Made by a program: the position numbers and the translations under genes. The notes below the pieces were generated by a model, which was not told where the DNA came from, made no database searches, and worked only from the letters and a program-made list of their open reading frames with translations. Positions 1 to 6,527 of a stretch of DNA of 32,000 bases are shown piece by piece; position 1 is the stretch's first letter, and the number at the start of each line of letters is the position of its first letter. Location of the stretch: assembly GCA_002220235.1 (NCBI GenBank), contig FO082266.1, one strand, 5' to 3'. This stretch comes from Bathycoccus prasinos (Eukaryota).

Positions 1-1247
1 GCGCGAACGTCCATGTGATCGCCCGGGTGCACAAAGAACGCTTCAAAGTGCGAACGGAAGCATCGAGGTTGCACCGCCGCCATCGCCACGGCGTTTTTCA
101 ACAGCACGTGTTGACACTCCGGTTTCGTTCTCGCCGCGAACACCAACGCTCTCGTCGCTCTGGGAACGTCCGCGATCGGCGCCAAGTAAAAGTGCAACGA
201 CGCCACCGCCAACACGACGCCGGCGTTCTGTGATTGAAGCAAAGGTCGCGTACACCTCAACAACAACCTGTGGTCGTCGTCCAAAAACTCCGGTCCTTGA
301 TTCACCGGTCCTCTTTTCTTCGACGCTTTCGTCGTCGTCTTTTTTTTGCGGGAATTGGAATCGTCCGAATCTGAACTGCTCGAAGAATCGTCGTCGGAGT
401 CTTCCTCGTCGTCGTCGTAAAAGTTAGCCGCTTGCGCCAAGATCCCCTTCGTCCCGCCCGTATCGTGTCGATCGTAGCCTGACGCACCTCCACCGTTCCC
501 ATCCACGTCGTTAAAACCGGCAATATCCAACATCTCCTCGTTACTTTCGTTATCTTTACCGACGTTTAACTCGCGATTAAACCCGTCTGGCGGTAAAAAC
601 TGCGTCCTCGCGTACCTCAACAAAAGCTCGCACGTCAACATCTGTCCCCACTCGTCGATGTCCACCAAAATCCTCGCCAACTTCCGGTAGTGTCTGTGCA
701 ATAAATCAATTCTGTGCGGGCACACTTCTTGAAACGCCGCAATCGCGCTCGACAAAACGAACGGCGTCGAATCTCTCAACATAGTTTCAATAACCTCCAC
801 GAAATCATCCGCTCTCGACGGATCCAACCGAAAAATCTTCGGAATCGCGTGCGCCGCCGCCTTCCTCACGTGCGGCGACACGTCCACCGCGCACTTCCTT
901 ATCGCCAAAACCACCACCGGCACGATCACTTTCACTCGAATGCTCGACATCACTCTCAGCGCCGCCGCTCGCACTCGTGCGTTTTGGTGCGCCAAATCCT
1001 TCTGAAACGAGTTAATCGATAACAACGCCTCGTCCGGTTTCTGCTCCGCCGTTCGCACTAAAAACATATACACTAAAGCTTTCACTTCAAAGCTCTCCGT
1101 CACGATGTTTACCACGACCGAGGGGAAAAAATGTGACACGTCTCGCCCGGTCGACATCATCGCGATGAGTTGCTTCAAGCCTTCCAATTTCGTCCGTGTG
1201 TTGGAATCTCGTAATTTTTCATTTAACGCTCGCGTTTCTTCCGCGAT
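1..1247 (-). CDS. AP3B: AP-3 adaptor complex beta (large) subunit, exon 2. Partial: the ORF continues past the left edge of the window.
   Basis: Manual translation of the minus strand gives an uninterrupted frame from 1247 to position 1. It reads IAEETRALNEKLRDSNTRTKLEGLKQLIAMMSTGRDVSHFFPSVVVNIVTESFEVKALVYMFLVRTAEQKPDEALLSINSFQKDL...ALRVMSSIRVKVIVPVVVLAIRKCAVDVSPHVRKAAAHAIPKIFRLDP...RIDLLHRHYRKLARILVDIDEWGQMLTCELLLRYARTQF. An acidic/Ser hinge follows, then DDDHRLLLRCTRPLLQSQNAGVVLAVASLHFY. From memory this is nearly collinear with animal and plant AP-3 beta (GRDVS.FFP.VVKNV, IRVPIIVP..MLAIK, SPYVRK.AAHAI, EEWGQ, RYARTQF, DHRLL...KPLLQS.N). It is absent from the ORF track because no stop codon lies inside the window. 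Confidence 0.85.
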   Translation of the reverse strand, partial: MAEETRALNEKLRDSNTRTKLEGLKQLIAMMSTGRDVSHFFPSVVVNIVTESFEVKALVYMFLVRTAEQKPDEALLSINSFQKDLAHQNARVRAAALRVMSSIRVKVIVPVVVLAIRKCAVDVSPHVRKAAAHAIPKIFRLDPSRADDFVEVIETMLRDSTPFVLSSAIAAFQEVCPHRIDLLHRHYRKLARILVDIDEWGQMLTCELLLRYARTQFLPPDGFNRELNVGKDNESNEEMLDIAGFNDVDGNGGGASGYDRHDTGGTKGILAQAANFYDDDEEDSDDDSSSSSDSDDSNSRKKKTTTKASKKRGPVNQGPEFLDDDHRLLLRCTRPLLQSQNAGVVLAVASLHFYLAPIADVPRATRALVFAARTKPECQHVLLKNAVAMAAVQPRCFRSHFEAFFVHPGDHMDVR

Positions 1248-1495
1248 CTGTTGTGGTTGTTTTTGCATTCAGGTTCGTATTTTCGCGTAAAATCGAAAGA
1301 GAATGAGAGAGAGACGAGTTTGGGTGAGTTCGCGGAGGAGAAAGAAGACGAAGAAGACACAGAAGCCGGAACGTGATTACACCGGAGACGCGAGAGATAA
1401 TTGGAGGAGACGCGGACGAAGAGAAAATTCGATCGACAGAAACTCTTCTGAAACGTTTGTTTGTGTGTTATGTGTTAAAAAAAAGTATAACGTAC
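1248..1495 (-). other. Putative spliceosomal intron (248 nt) of the AP-3 beta gene
   Basis: The minus-strand donor is GCGCAG|GTACGTTAT at 1495 and the acceptor is CCACAACAG|ATCGCG at 1248. The junction joins exon 1 and exon 2 in frame. An in-frame TGA lies directly upstream of the alternative internal ATG at 1266, so the upstream sequence can only be coding if it is spliced. Confidence 0.55.
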
Positions 1496-1546
1496 CTGCG
1501 CGTCGTCGACGAACTTGCTGTTCCCGTACCCGGCGGCGATGGCCAT
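1496..1546 (-). CDS. AP3B: AP-3 beta subunit, putative exon 1 (MAIAAGYGNSKFVDDAQ)
   Basis: An ATG at 1546-1544 is followed by 17 codons that end exactly at a G|GTACGTT donor. This donor has the same extended form as the VDAC introns. The alternative model is an unspliced start at ATG 1266-1264 (MQKQPQQIAEE...). Confidence 0.5.
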
Positions 1547-1645
1547 GGTTTCTTTTTCTTTTAATGAAGTGTGTTGTTTGTGTGTGTCCGCGCGCGAGAA
1601 AACAGTGAGGGAATTCAATTCACGAGAAAAGGACGCTGTTGAAAA

Positions 1646-1665
1646 TTTAGGGTGTAGGGTTTAGG
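1646..1665. promoter_or_regulatory. Telomere-repeat-like element TTTAGGGTGTAGGGTTTAGG (telo-box-like), about 100 bp upstream of the AP-3 beta ATG
   Basis: Read directly from the sequence. It matches the plant-type telomere unit TTTAGGG and the telo-box AAACCCTAA in reverse complement. Confidence 0.4.
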
Positions 1666-1817
1666 AAGCAAAGCTTGCGTCGAAAACGAACGGAGGAGGT
1701 AATAGAAGGAGTAGAGTAGAACTGGTTTTACCGTCGGTAGTAAGTGTGTAAAATAATATAGTAACAAGGGGTGGTGGTGTACTGGTTGGAGTCGCAGCAG
1801 CAGAGCGAGTTTACCGT

Positions 1818-1836
1818 TCTCTCTCTCTCTCTCTCT
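1818..1836. repeat. (TC)n microsatellite in the AP3B/VDAC spacer
   Basis: The run tctctctctctctctctct is read directly. More CT-rich tracts follow up to about 1935. Confidence 0.95.
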
Positions 1837-2011
1837 TCTCGTCTCTTCTCGTCTCTCTCGCGCTTTCGCGTCACTTCCTTAACTCTTCTTCTTTTTCTCT
1901 GTTTTTTCCTAAGTTTCCTCTCTCTCTCTCTTTCTATTTCTTTCCTTTCAAAACTCTCTACTGCGTCGTCTCAAAACGCCTCGTCGTGAAGGAAAAAAGT
2001 TCGTAAGATTT

Positions 2012-2053
2012 TTACGCCTTGGTCGCGAGCTGTACGCCGTACTTATATTTTAA
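2012..2053 (-). CDS. VDAC: Mitochondrial outer-membrane porin (VDAC), exon 4 (LKYKYGVQLATKA + stop)
   Basis: The acceptor is CAACAACAG|TTAAAATAT. The exon encodes an amphipathic terminal beta-strand ending at a TAA stop (2014-2012). It resembles the conserved VDAC C-terminal strand (K.GL.L.L type). Confidence 0.65.
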   Translation of the reverse strand, partial: LKYKYGVQLATKA

Positions 2054-2509
2054 CTGTTGTTGTTGTCGTTGCGAGAAAGAGCGCAAAACGGAGGAGGAGA
2101 GAAGGTTATTTTGGTCAGATGGAATATCATTCGATGATAACACTACGACTTTCGCGGCGTTTTCATCTCGAATACGACGAAAAATAAAAAAGAGCGACAA
2201 ATAGGACGAGGACAACGAAAGAAGAGTCGCCGTTTTTAGTGTGCGGCGCTTATTATGACGCTCGAGCATTGGGGGTATCAATCCCGCGCAAACGAATCTT
2301 CGAGCGACACTGGAGAATACTATCGGCGATACGCGCGGCAACCATCCGAGAAGAGCGTTACCCCCAGCGATTGTTTGACTAGCGTAGCCTTGAAATCTCT
2401 CTTGAAATCTCTCTTGAAATCTCTCTCTTTTAATAAGTGAGAAATAAAGAGACTCAAATCGACAAAATACGAACGAGAAAGAAAGACGAGAGAACAAAAA
2501 AGAACGCAC
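2054..2509 (-). other. Putative VDAC intron 3 (456 nt)
   Basis: The donor is AAAGCG|GTGCGTTCT (GT at 2509-2508) and the acceptor is ACAACAG| at 2056-2054. The interval translates to F/S/L/R-rich sequence unlike a porin (AVRSFLFSRLSFSFVFCRFESLYF...). It is nevertheless stop-free and in frame, which is why the ORF track shows one 370-aa ORF. A weaker alternative donor is CAA|GTAGAT at 2521. Confidence 0.6.
2389..2424. repeat. Tandem repeat, 3 x 12 bp (CTTGAAATCTCT), inside VDAC intron 3
   Basis: Three perfect copies are read directly at 2389-2400, 2401-2412 and 2413-2424. Confidence 0.95.
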
Positions 2510-3169
2510 CGCTTTATCTACTTGCACCGCAACCGTCGTCGTCGTCTTCGGCAAGACCGAAGTGACAAAGTTCGCGGAAACGACCGGGTCAAAGCTCTTC
2601 TTCACCGGGTTCACCACCACGCACTTCACCGAGTGCCCGCCGCCAAGCTTCTTCGCGTACGCCAAAGACGCCTTGACGTCGCCCCCAGCCTTCCCATCGA
2701 CGGCGACACCAACCGTCTCCCCAGCGCCAACACCGTTCACCGCCGCAACTTGATACGCGTCCAATTTCATCGTCGTCTTCGCGGAGTACATAACATCGCC
2801 AACCTTGCACTGCGCGGCAAACGACGTCGCGCCGATACCGCCAGCTTTCGAAATCGCCGTCTCAACCCCCATGGCCCCCGGACCGGAAACGTAGCACGCG
2901 GACAACGTTCCTTTCAATTGCTTCGTGATTTCACTCTTCACGCCAACTTGGCCAATCAACGTCGAGTTGGACAACTTCAAGCCATCCAACGGGTTGCTCA
3001 AAGAAGAAACCGTCGCTTGCGTCGTCGAATCCTTCGCGTTGTACTTCACCGTCCCTTTCGAGAAGCCAGATTTCGAGAGCTCCACCTCGCCGGTGATCGC
3101 GTCCACGACGTACGAGGTCGTCAACGTGCCCGTCGGAGTGTCCGCGTTTTTGATCGAAGCCGAGATTGA
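2510..3169 (-). CDS. VDAC: VDAC porin, exon 3 (220 codons)
   Basis: Translates to SISASIKNADTPTGTLTTSYVVDAITGEVELSKSGFSKGTVKYNAKDSTTQATVSSLSNPLDGLKLSNSTLIGQVGVKSEITK...KASLAYAKKLGGGHSVKCVVVNPVKKSFDPVVSANFVTSVLPKTTTTVAVQVDKA. The alternating hydrophobic/polar pattern fits a beta-barrel, and a GLK motif is present. The acceptor is ATATAACAG|TCAATC at 3172-3170. Confidence 0.8.
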
Positions 3170-3415
3170 CTGTTATATTTTTATGTGTGTGTGTGTGTGT
3201 GTTCATCACAGGTTGAAAGAGAGAGAAAGAGTGCGCGCGTGAGAAAACGTTCGTTTTGTTCGTTTTTCCTCATCAGGGCTTTTTCGACCGAGAGGCACCG
3301 GAGCAAAAATCTTTCGATGTTTCGATCTCTCGTCCGATGATGATTCGAACGCAAAGAAAGCCGCGAGTCTCTCTCGAGATCTGATAAAAACGAGAGACGA
3401 GGATAAAAAACGTAC
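3170..3415 (-). other. VDAC intron 2 (246 nt), containing a (GT)n/(CA)n microsatellite
   Basis: The donor is GGCGGG|GTACGTTTT and the acceptor is ATAACAG|. The exons flanking it are in frame only when this interval is removed. Confidence 0.8.
3184..3202. repeat. (TG)n microsatellite inside VDAC intron 2
   Basis: The run tgtgtgtgtgtgtgtgtgt is read directly. Confidence 0.95.
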
Positions 3416-3483
3416 CCCGCCGGAGATTGGTTTCGCGTCCAAGGAGAATTTGTTTTCGTAGGACAAAGCGCCGGTGAATAAAT
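3416..3483 (-). CDS. VDAC: VDAC porin, exon 2 (..DLFTGALSYENKFSLDAKPISGG)
   Basis: Joined to exon 1, the N-terminus reads MAKYYPDIAKGAKDLFTGALSYENKFSL. This is collinear residue for residue with the plant VDAC N-terminal helix and first strand (..IGKKARDLLYKDYQSDHKFSI, from memory). Confidence 0.8.
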
Positions 3484-3634
3484 CTGTTTTTTAGAAGAAA
3501 ATGATGAGAGAAAGAACGGTGAGACACCACGTCGAGATCCTCCCTTGAAAGAGGAGATGAGATCACGCGCTTTTGTTTGCGCAGAAAAGAGTATACTTTA
3601 CTAAAAAGAAAACGAACGAATGAAACAAACGTAC
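3484..3634 (-). other. VDAC intron 1 (151 nt)
   Basis: The donor is GCTAAAG|GTACGTTTG and the acceptor is AAAAAACAG|ATTTATTC. The intron is phase 1, and the split codon G|AT encodes Asp. Confidence 0.8.
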
Positions 3635-3674
3635 CTTTAGCGCCTTTCGCGATGTCTGGATAGTATTTCGCCAT
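3635..3674 (-). CDS. VDAC: VDAC porin, exon 1 (MAKYYPDIAKGAK + first base of the next codon)
   Basis: The ATG is at 3674-3672, and the exon ends at a G|GTACGTTT donor. Confidence 0.8.
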
Positions 3675-4131
3675 TCTTGTCTTAAATATGTGTGTATTTG
3701 TCGATGCGTGCGTGTCACCTGTGTACGTCGAGGGGGATTTTTGATGAGAGAAGTGGAAGGAAGGCGAGCAACGTTCCGATTTTTAGGACGAGAGATTTAG
3801 AGGAGGAAACGACTTCGCGCCTTGAAAGAAAAGAAAGCGCGAGAATGAAACGTACCTCTCTCTCTCTTCTTCTTCCTCGGACGAGAGGATGTAAAAGTTT
3901 TTAAGGCGTGTGCGTGTGAGTGCGAGTCGACGCGTGTATTTCTGCAGATTTTCTGAATGCACGGGACGATGAGTTTCTGTTTCGAGAGGGGAACGGACTG
4001 ACGGTGCCACTTTGGTGATATAAAAAAGAGTGAAAAAAATGCAGTTTTTCTGATTCCGTTCGATTCCCTCTCTCGCACATAAAAGACAACAACACGCGGA
4101 AGAAAAAAGATTGCATCTTTCCACAAATACT

Positions 4132-4974
4132 ATGAGCGGCAGGAGCAGCATCGTCGGCGTCCGCTGCATCGCGACTTCTTCTTCCTCGTTCGGCGCGAAA
4201 AGAAGAAGACGAGGACAACGAAAAAGCACCGGCTGTGTGTGCGGGTTTTTGCGAAACGGAACAACAACAACAACACCTTTAACAGAAAGAAGAAGATTTA
4301 GGAGAAAAGCGGTTGGAGATGTGATGATGATGAGAAGCGCTGCTGCCGAAGACGAGAAAGAAAAAACAGCGCTGGTTCCAATCGCGAACGGGTCGGAGGA
4401 AATGGAAGCGACGATCATTATTGACGTTTTAAGAAGAGCGGGAGTGCACGTGACCGTGGCATCGTGCGAGGATGATTTGGTGTGCGAAATGTCCAGAAAA
4501 GTTTGCATTAGAGCGGATTGTTTGATACAAGAGGTGGTTGTTGACGACGGGGAAAAGAACAACAGTAGGAGTAGTTTCGACGCGATCGTGGTCCCAGGCG
4601 GGATGCCAGGCGCGGAACGGTTAGCGGAGAACGCTTCGTTAGACGCGCTTTTGAAGAGACAGAAAGAAGAGAAGAAACTGATCGCGGCGATGTGCGCGGC
4701 GCCGGCGGTGGTGTTGCTCGGGAAAAATTTACTCGAAGAGGCGAGCGAGGCGACGGCGCATCCGGCGTTTGATTTAGGCGAAGCGTTTGCGAAGGATAAG
4801 AAGAAGAGGGTGTGTTATTCAAAAGCATCGAACGGTCAGGTGGTGATTACCTCTCAAGGACCGGGGACGGCGATTGAGTTTGCGCTGGCGTTGGTGAAGG
4901 AGTTGTGCGGCGAAGAGAAACGAAAAGAAGTCGCCGGGCCGATGTGCGTCCCCGAGGACGTTTTGATGGGGTAA
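4132..4974 (+). CDS. DJ-1/PfpI (ThiJ) family protein with an N-terminal basic, Ser-rich extension that may be an organellar presequence
   Basis: Contains ALVPIANGSEEMEATIIIDVLRRAGVHVTVAS...FDAIVVPGGMPGAERL...KLIAAMCAAPAVVL...ATAHPAF...VVITSQGPGTAIEFALALV. The nucleophile-elbow Cys (AAMCAAP) and the His (AHP) are both present. The track start at 4111 is TTG, and the first ATG is at 4132. Confidence 0.85.
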   Translation: MSGRSSIVGVRCIATSSSSFGAKRRRRGQRKSTGCVCGFLRNGTTTTTPLTERRRFRRKAVGDVMMMRSAAAEDEKEKTALVPIANGSEEMEATIIIDVLRRAGVHVTVASCEDDLVCEMSRKVCIRADCLIQEVVVDDGEKNNSRSSFDAIVVPGGMPGAERLAENASLDALLKRQKEEKKLIAAMCAAPAVVLLGKNLLEEASEATAHPAFDLGEAFAKDKKKRVCYSKASNGQVVITSQGPGTAIEFALALVKELCGEEKRKEVAGPMCVPEDVLMG

Positions 4975-5050
4975 TCATCGTCGTTATCATCATCATCGTC
5001 ATCATCGTCATCATTAGTAGTAACAACGACAACAACAACAAGAACCATCA
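4973..5050. repeat. Imperfect trinucleotide repeat tract, (ATC/GTC)n then (AAC)n, in the DJ-1/PTOX convergent 3' spacer
   Basis: Reads atcatcgtcgttatcatcatcatcgtcatcatcgtcatcattagtagtaacaacgacaacaacaacaag. Confidence 0.85.
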
Positions 5051-5110
5051 TCCAAGTGTAAAATTATATAGTACGTGTGTGTGCATTAAAAAAACTCTCT
5101 CTCCCTTTTA

Positions 5111-6292
5111 TTACGCCTTCTCCTCTCTCTTTTCTACGACGCTGTTTGATACCATCTTATTCCTGCTATTAATATTTCTGCTGCTATTACTGATCGTCGA
5201 CGTCGACGTCGTCGTTCTCTCTTCGAAGCCTTTCACGACGCAATCCAAAACGCCTTCGCACGATCTCTCGCCTTCCAAATCCTGTCCCGAAGCGATGATC
5301 AAATCGCACTCCTGCGCGTCGTCGTTTACGTCGACGTTATTCTCTCCGTTCTTCGTGTTCTCATCATTTTCAATACCGTCGCAAACTTCCTGCGCTTTCT
5401 TCTGCACTCTTACGCTCGAATTCGCTCTCAACAGATTTCCTGGTTTCTGGCAAAAACTCATCGTTTTCACGTGTTCCAACTCGTCGTTTCGTACGTTTTC
5501 AATCACGTCGTACATGTTTTTAATCTTCGGCCTTCGTATGTTCGTCGCTTTGTTCAAACCCTCGTACACGTTCGTTTGAAACTCATCGAACAGATATAAA
5601 TCGCCGAGCTGAAAATAACTCACCGCTACCCCACACGCCGGCGTTTGTTTCAACTCCTCTTCCTTCCTCTTTAAAAAGTCATCGTACGTCGCGTACGCGT
5701 GCTCTTCGACTTGTTCGCTCAAATTATACGCCATCCTCGGGCTCACCATGTAAATCAAAACCGCCACCCAAAAGTACACCACGGCCACGTGCTGCGCGAA
5801 AAATCTATCCTTGAACGAATCCGCCCCGCCCATAGCTTCCATGATCAACAAGTGATGGTACTCGTTCATCGTCTCCGCGAAGTGCACCTTGAGATAATCC
5901 GCCCTTCGCCACCACCCGAACGATTCGTACAAGTGCAGCACCGAGAGGAAAGAGAAATACGGCACTCGAGCGATCGTCTCGAGCGCGTAAAAGCGAGGGT
6001 AATCTCGCCCTTCGTATAACTTATCGATCACGAATACCGCGGAATCGACGATGAGTTTGTTCGCCTGGCGTTCCAAGGAAATCAAAGGCCCCTCCGGTAA
6101 CGGCTTGGGAGGGGTGTACAACTTTTCCTGAGACGACGACGCTTTCACGACAACAGCAACGCTTTTATTGTTGTTGTTTTTACAGTCGTTGCCACCGCGA
6201 CGCCATCTTCTCCCGTTCTCGTCTGTTCTCCTCGAACGAGAGAAGGATGAAGCGGAGGCACTTTTTCCAATGGACAAACAAACGGTTCTCAT
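5111..6292 (-). CDS. PTOX: Plastid terminal oxidase (PTOX/IMMUTANS; alternative-oxidase family di-iron quinol oxidase)
   Basis: Contains YPRFYALETIARVPYFSFLSVLHLYESFGWWRRADYLKVHFAETMNEYHHLLIMEAMGG...SEQVEEHAYATY...NDELEHVKTM. The di-iron ligand motifs are present (E, ExxH, E, ExxH). A C-terminal CEGVLDC motif resembles plant PTOX, from memory. The ATG is at 6292-6290, and the N-terminus is Ser/Arg-rich like a transit peptide. Confidence 0.9.
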   Translation of the reverse strand: MRTVCLSIGKSASASSFSRSRRTDENGRRWRRGGNDCKNNNNKSVAVVVKASSSQEKLYTPPKPLPEGPLISLERQANKLIVDSAVFVIDKLYEGRDYPRFYALETIARVPYFSFLSVLHLYESFGWWRRADYLKVHFAETMNEYHHLLIMEAMGGADSFKDRFFAQHVAVVYFWVAVLIYMVSPRMAYNLSEQVEEHAYATYDDFLKRKEEELKQTPACGVAVSYFQLGDLYLFDEFQTNVYEGLNKATNIRRPKIKNMYDVIENVRNDELEHVKTMSFCQKPGNLLRANSSVRVQKKAQEVCDGIENDENTKNGENNVDVNDDAQECDLIIASGQDLEGERSCEGVLDCVVKGFEERTTTSTSTISNSSRNINSRNKMVSNSVVEKREEKA

Positions 6293-6527
6293 GACGTGAT
6301 GTTTTGAAGCGCACTACGCGGCGCGAAAACTCTTTCTTCGATCGGTCGAAAGAAAGAAATCGCGGTCGAGGAACAAAGAGAGAGTTTGAGAGTTTGAAAG
6401 AGTTGATTACGTGGCTTTAAATTGCGCTTAAAAAAAGTTGCGTGTATGTTTGCGTGAGAATTCTGGAGATATTTTCCGTAAGATTGGACTTTTCCCCTCA
6501 GTACACAACTCCCCGCGCAAAAGAGAG

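Noticed and set aside
1303-1608. Arg/Lys-rich plus-strand ORFs (1303-1608 and 1373-1564), and similar basic ORFs at 15-233 and 714-1022.
   Set aside because: They overlap the AP-3 beta exons and intron on the opposite strand. Their composition is typical of frame-shifted or antisense GA-rich sequence, and they have no recognisable domains.
2510-2521. An alternative donor, CAA|GTAGAT at 2521, for the last VDAC intron.
   Set aside because: The downstream GCG|GTGCGTT donor matches the local donor consensus far better. It also retains the residues VDKA, which resemble the plant VDAC sequence before the last strand. It is kept as a stated alternative only.
3542-3570. An apparent extra VDAC micro-exon in intron 1, which would encode ARDLISSFKG and mimics the VDAC N-terminal KARDLL motif.
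   Set aside because: No usable donor follows it. Joining exon 1 directly to the exon at 3483 already gives a residue-for-residue match to the VDAC N-terminus (IAKGAKDLFTGALSYENKFSL). Adding this segment would duplicate the motif.
3783-4562. Long antisense ORFs in the track. They are 3783-4562(-) opposite DJ-1, 4905-5579(+) opposite PTOX, 11413-12132(+) opposite the TraB-like gene, 18494-19210(-) and 19373-20008(-) opposite WAPL, 22790-23626(-) opposite DGD1, and 2522-3169(+) opposite VDAC.
   Set aside because: Each lies fully inside a gene with strong family signatures on the other strand. Their translations are low-complexity (S/F/L/R/V-rich) mirror images of GAA/GAC/AAG-rich codons. They are shadow ORFs caused by codon bias, not overlapping genes.
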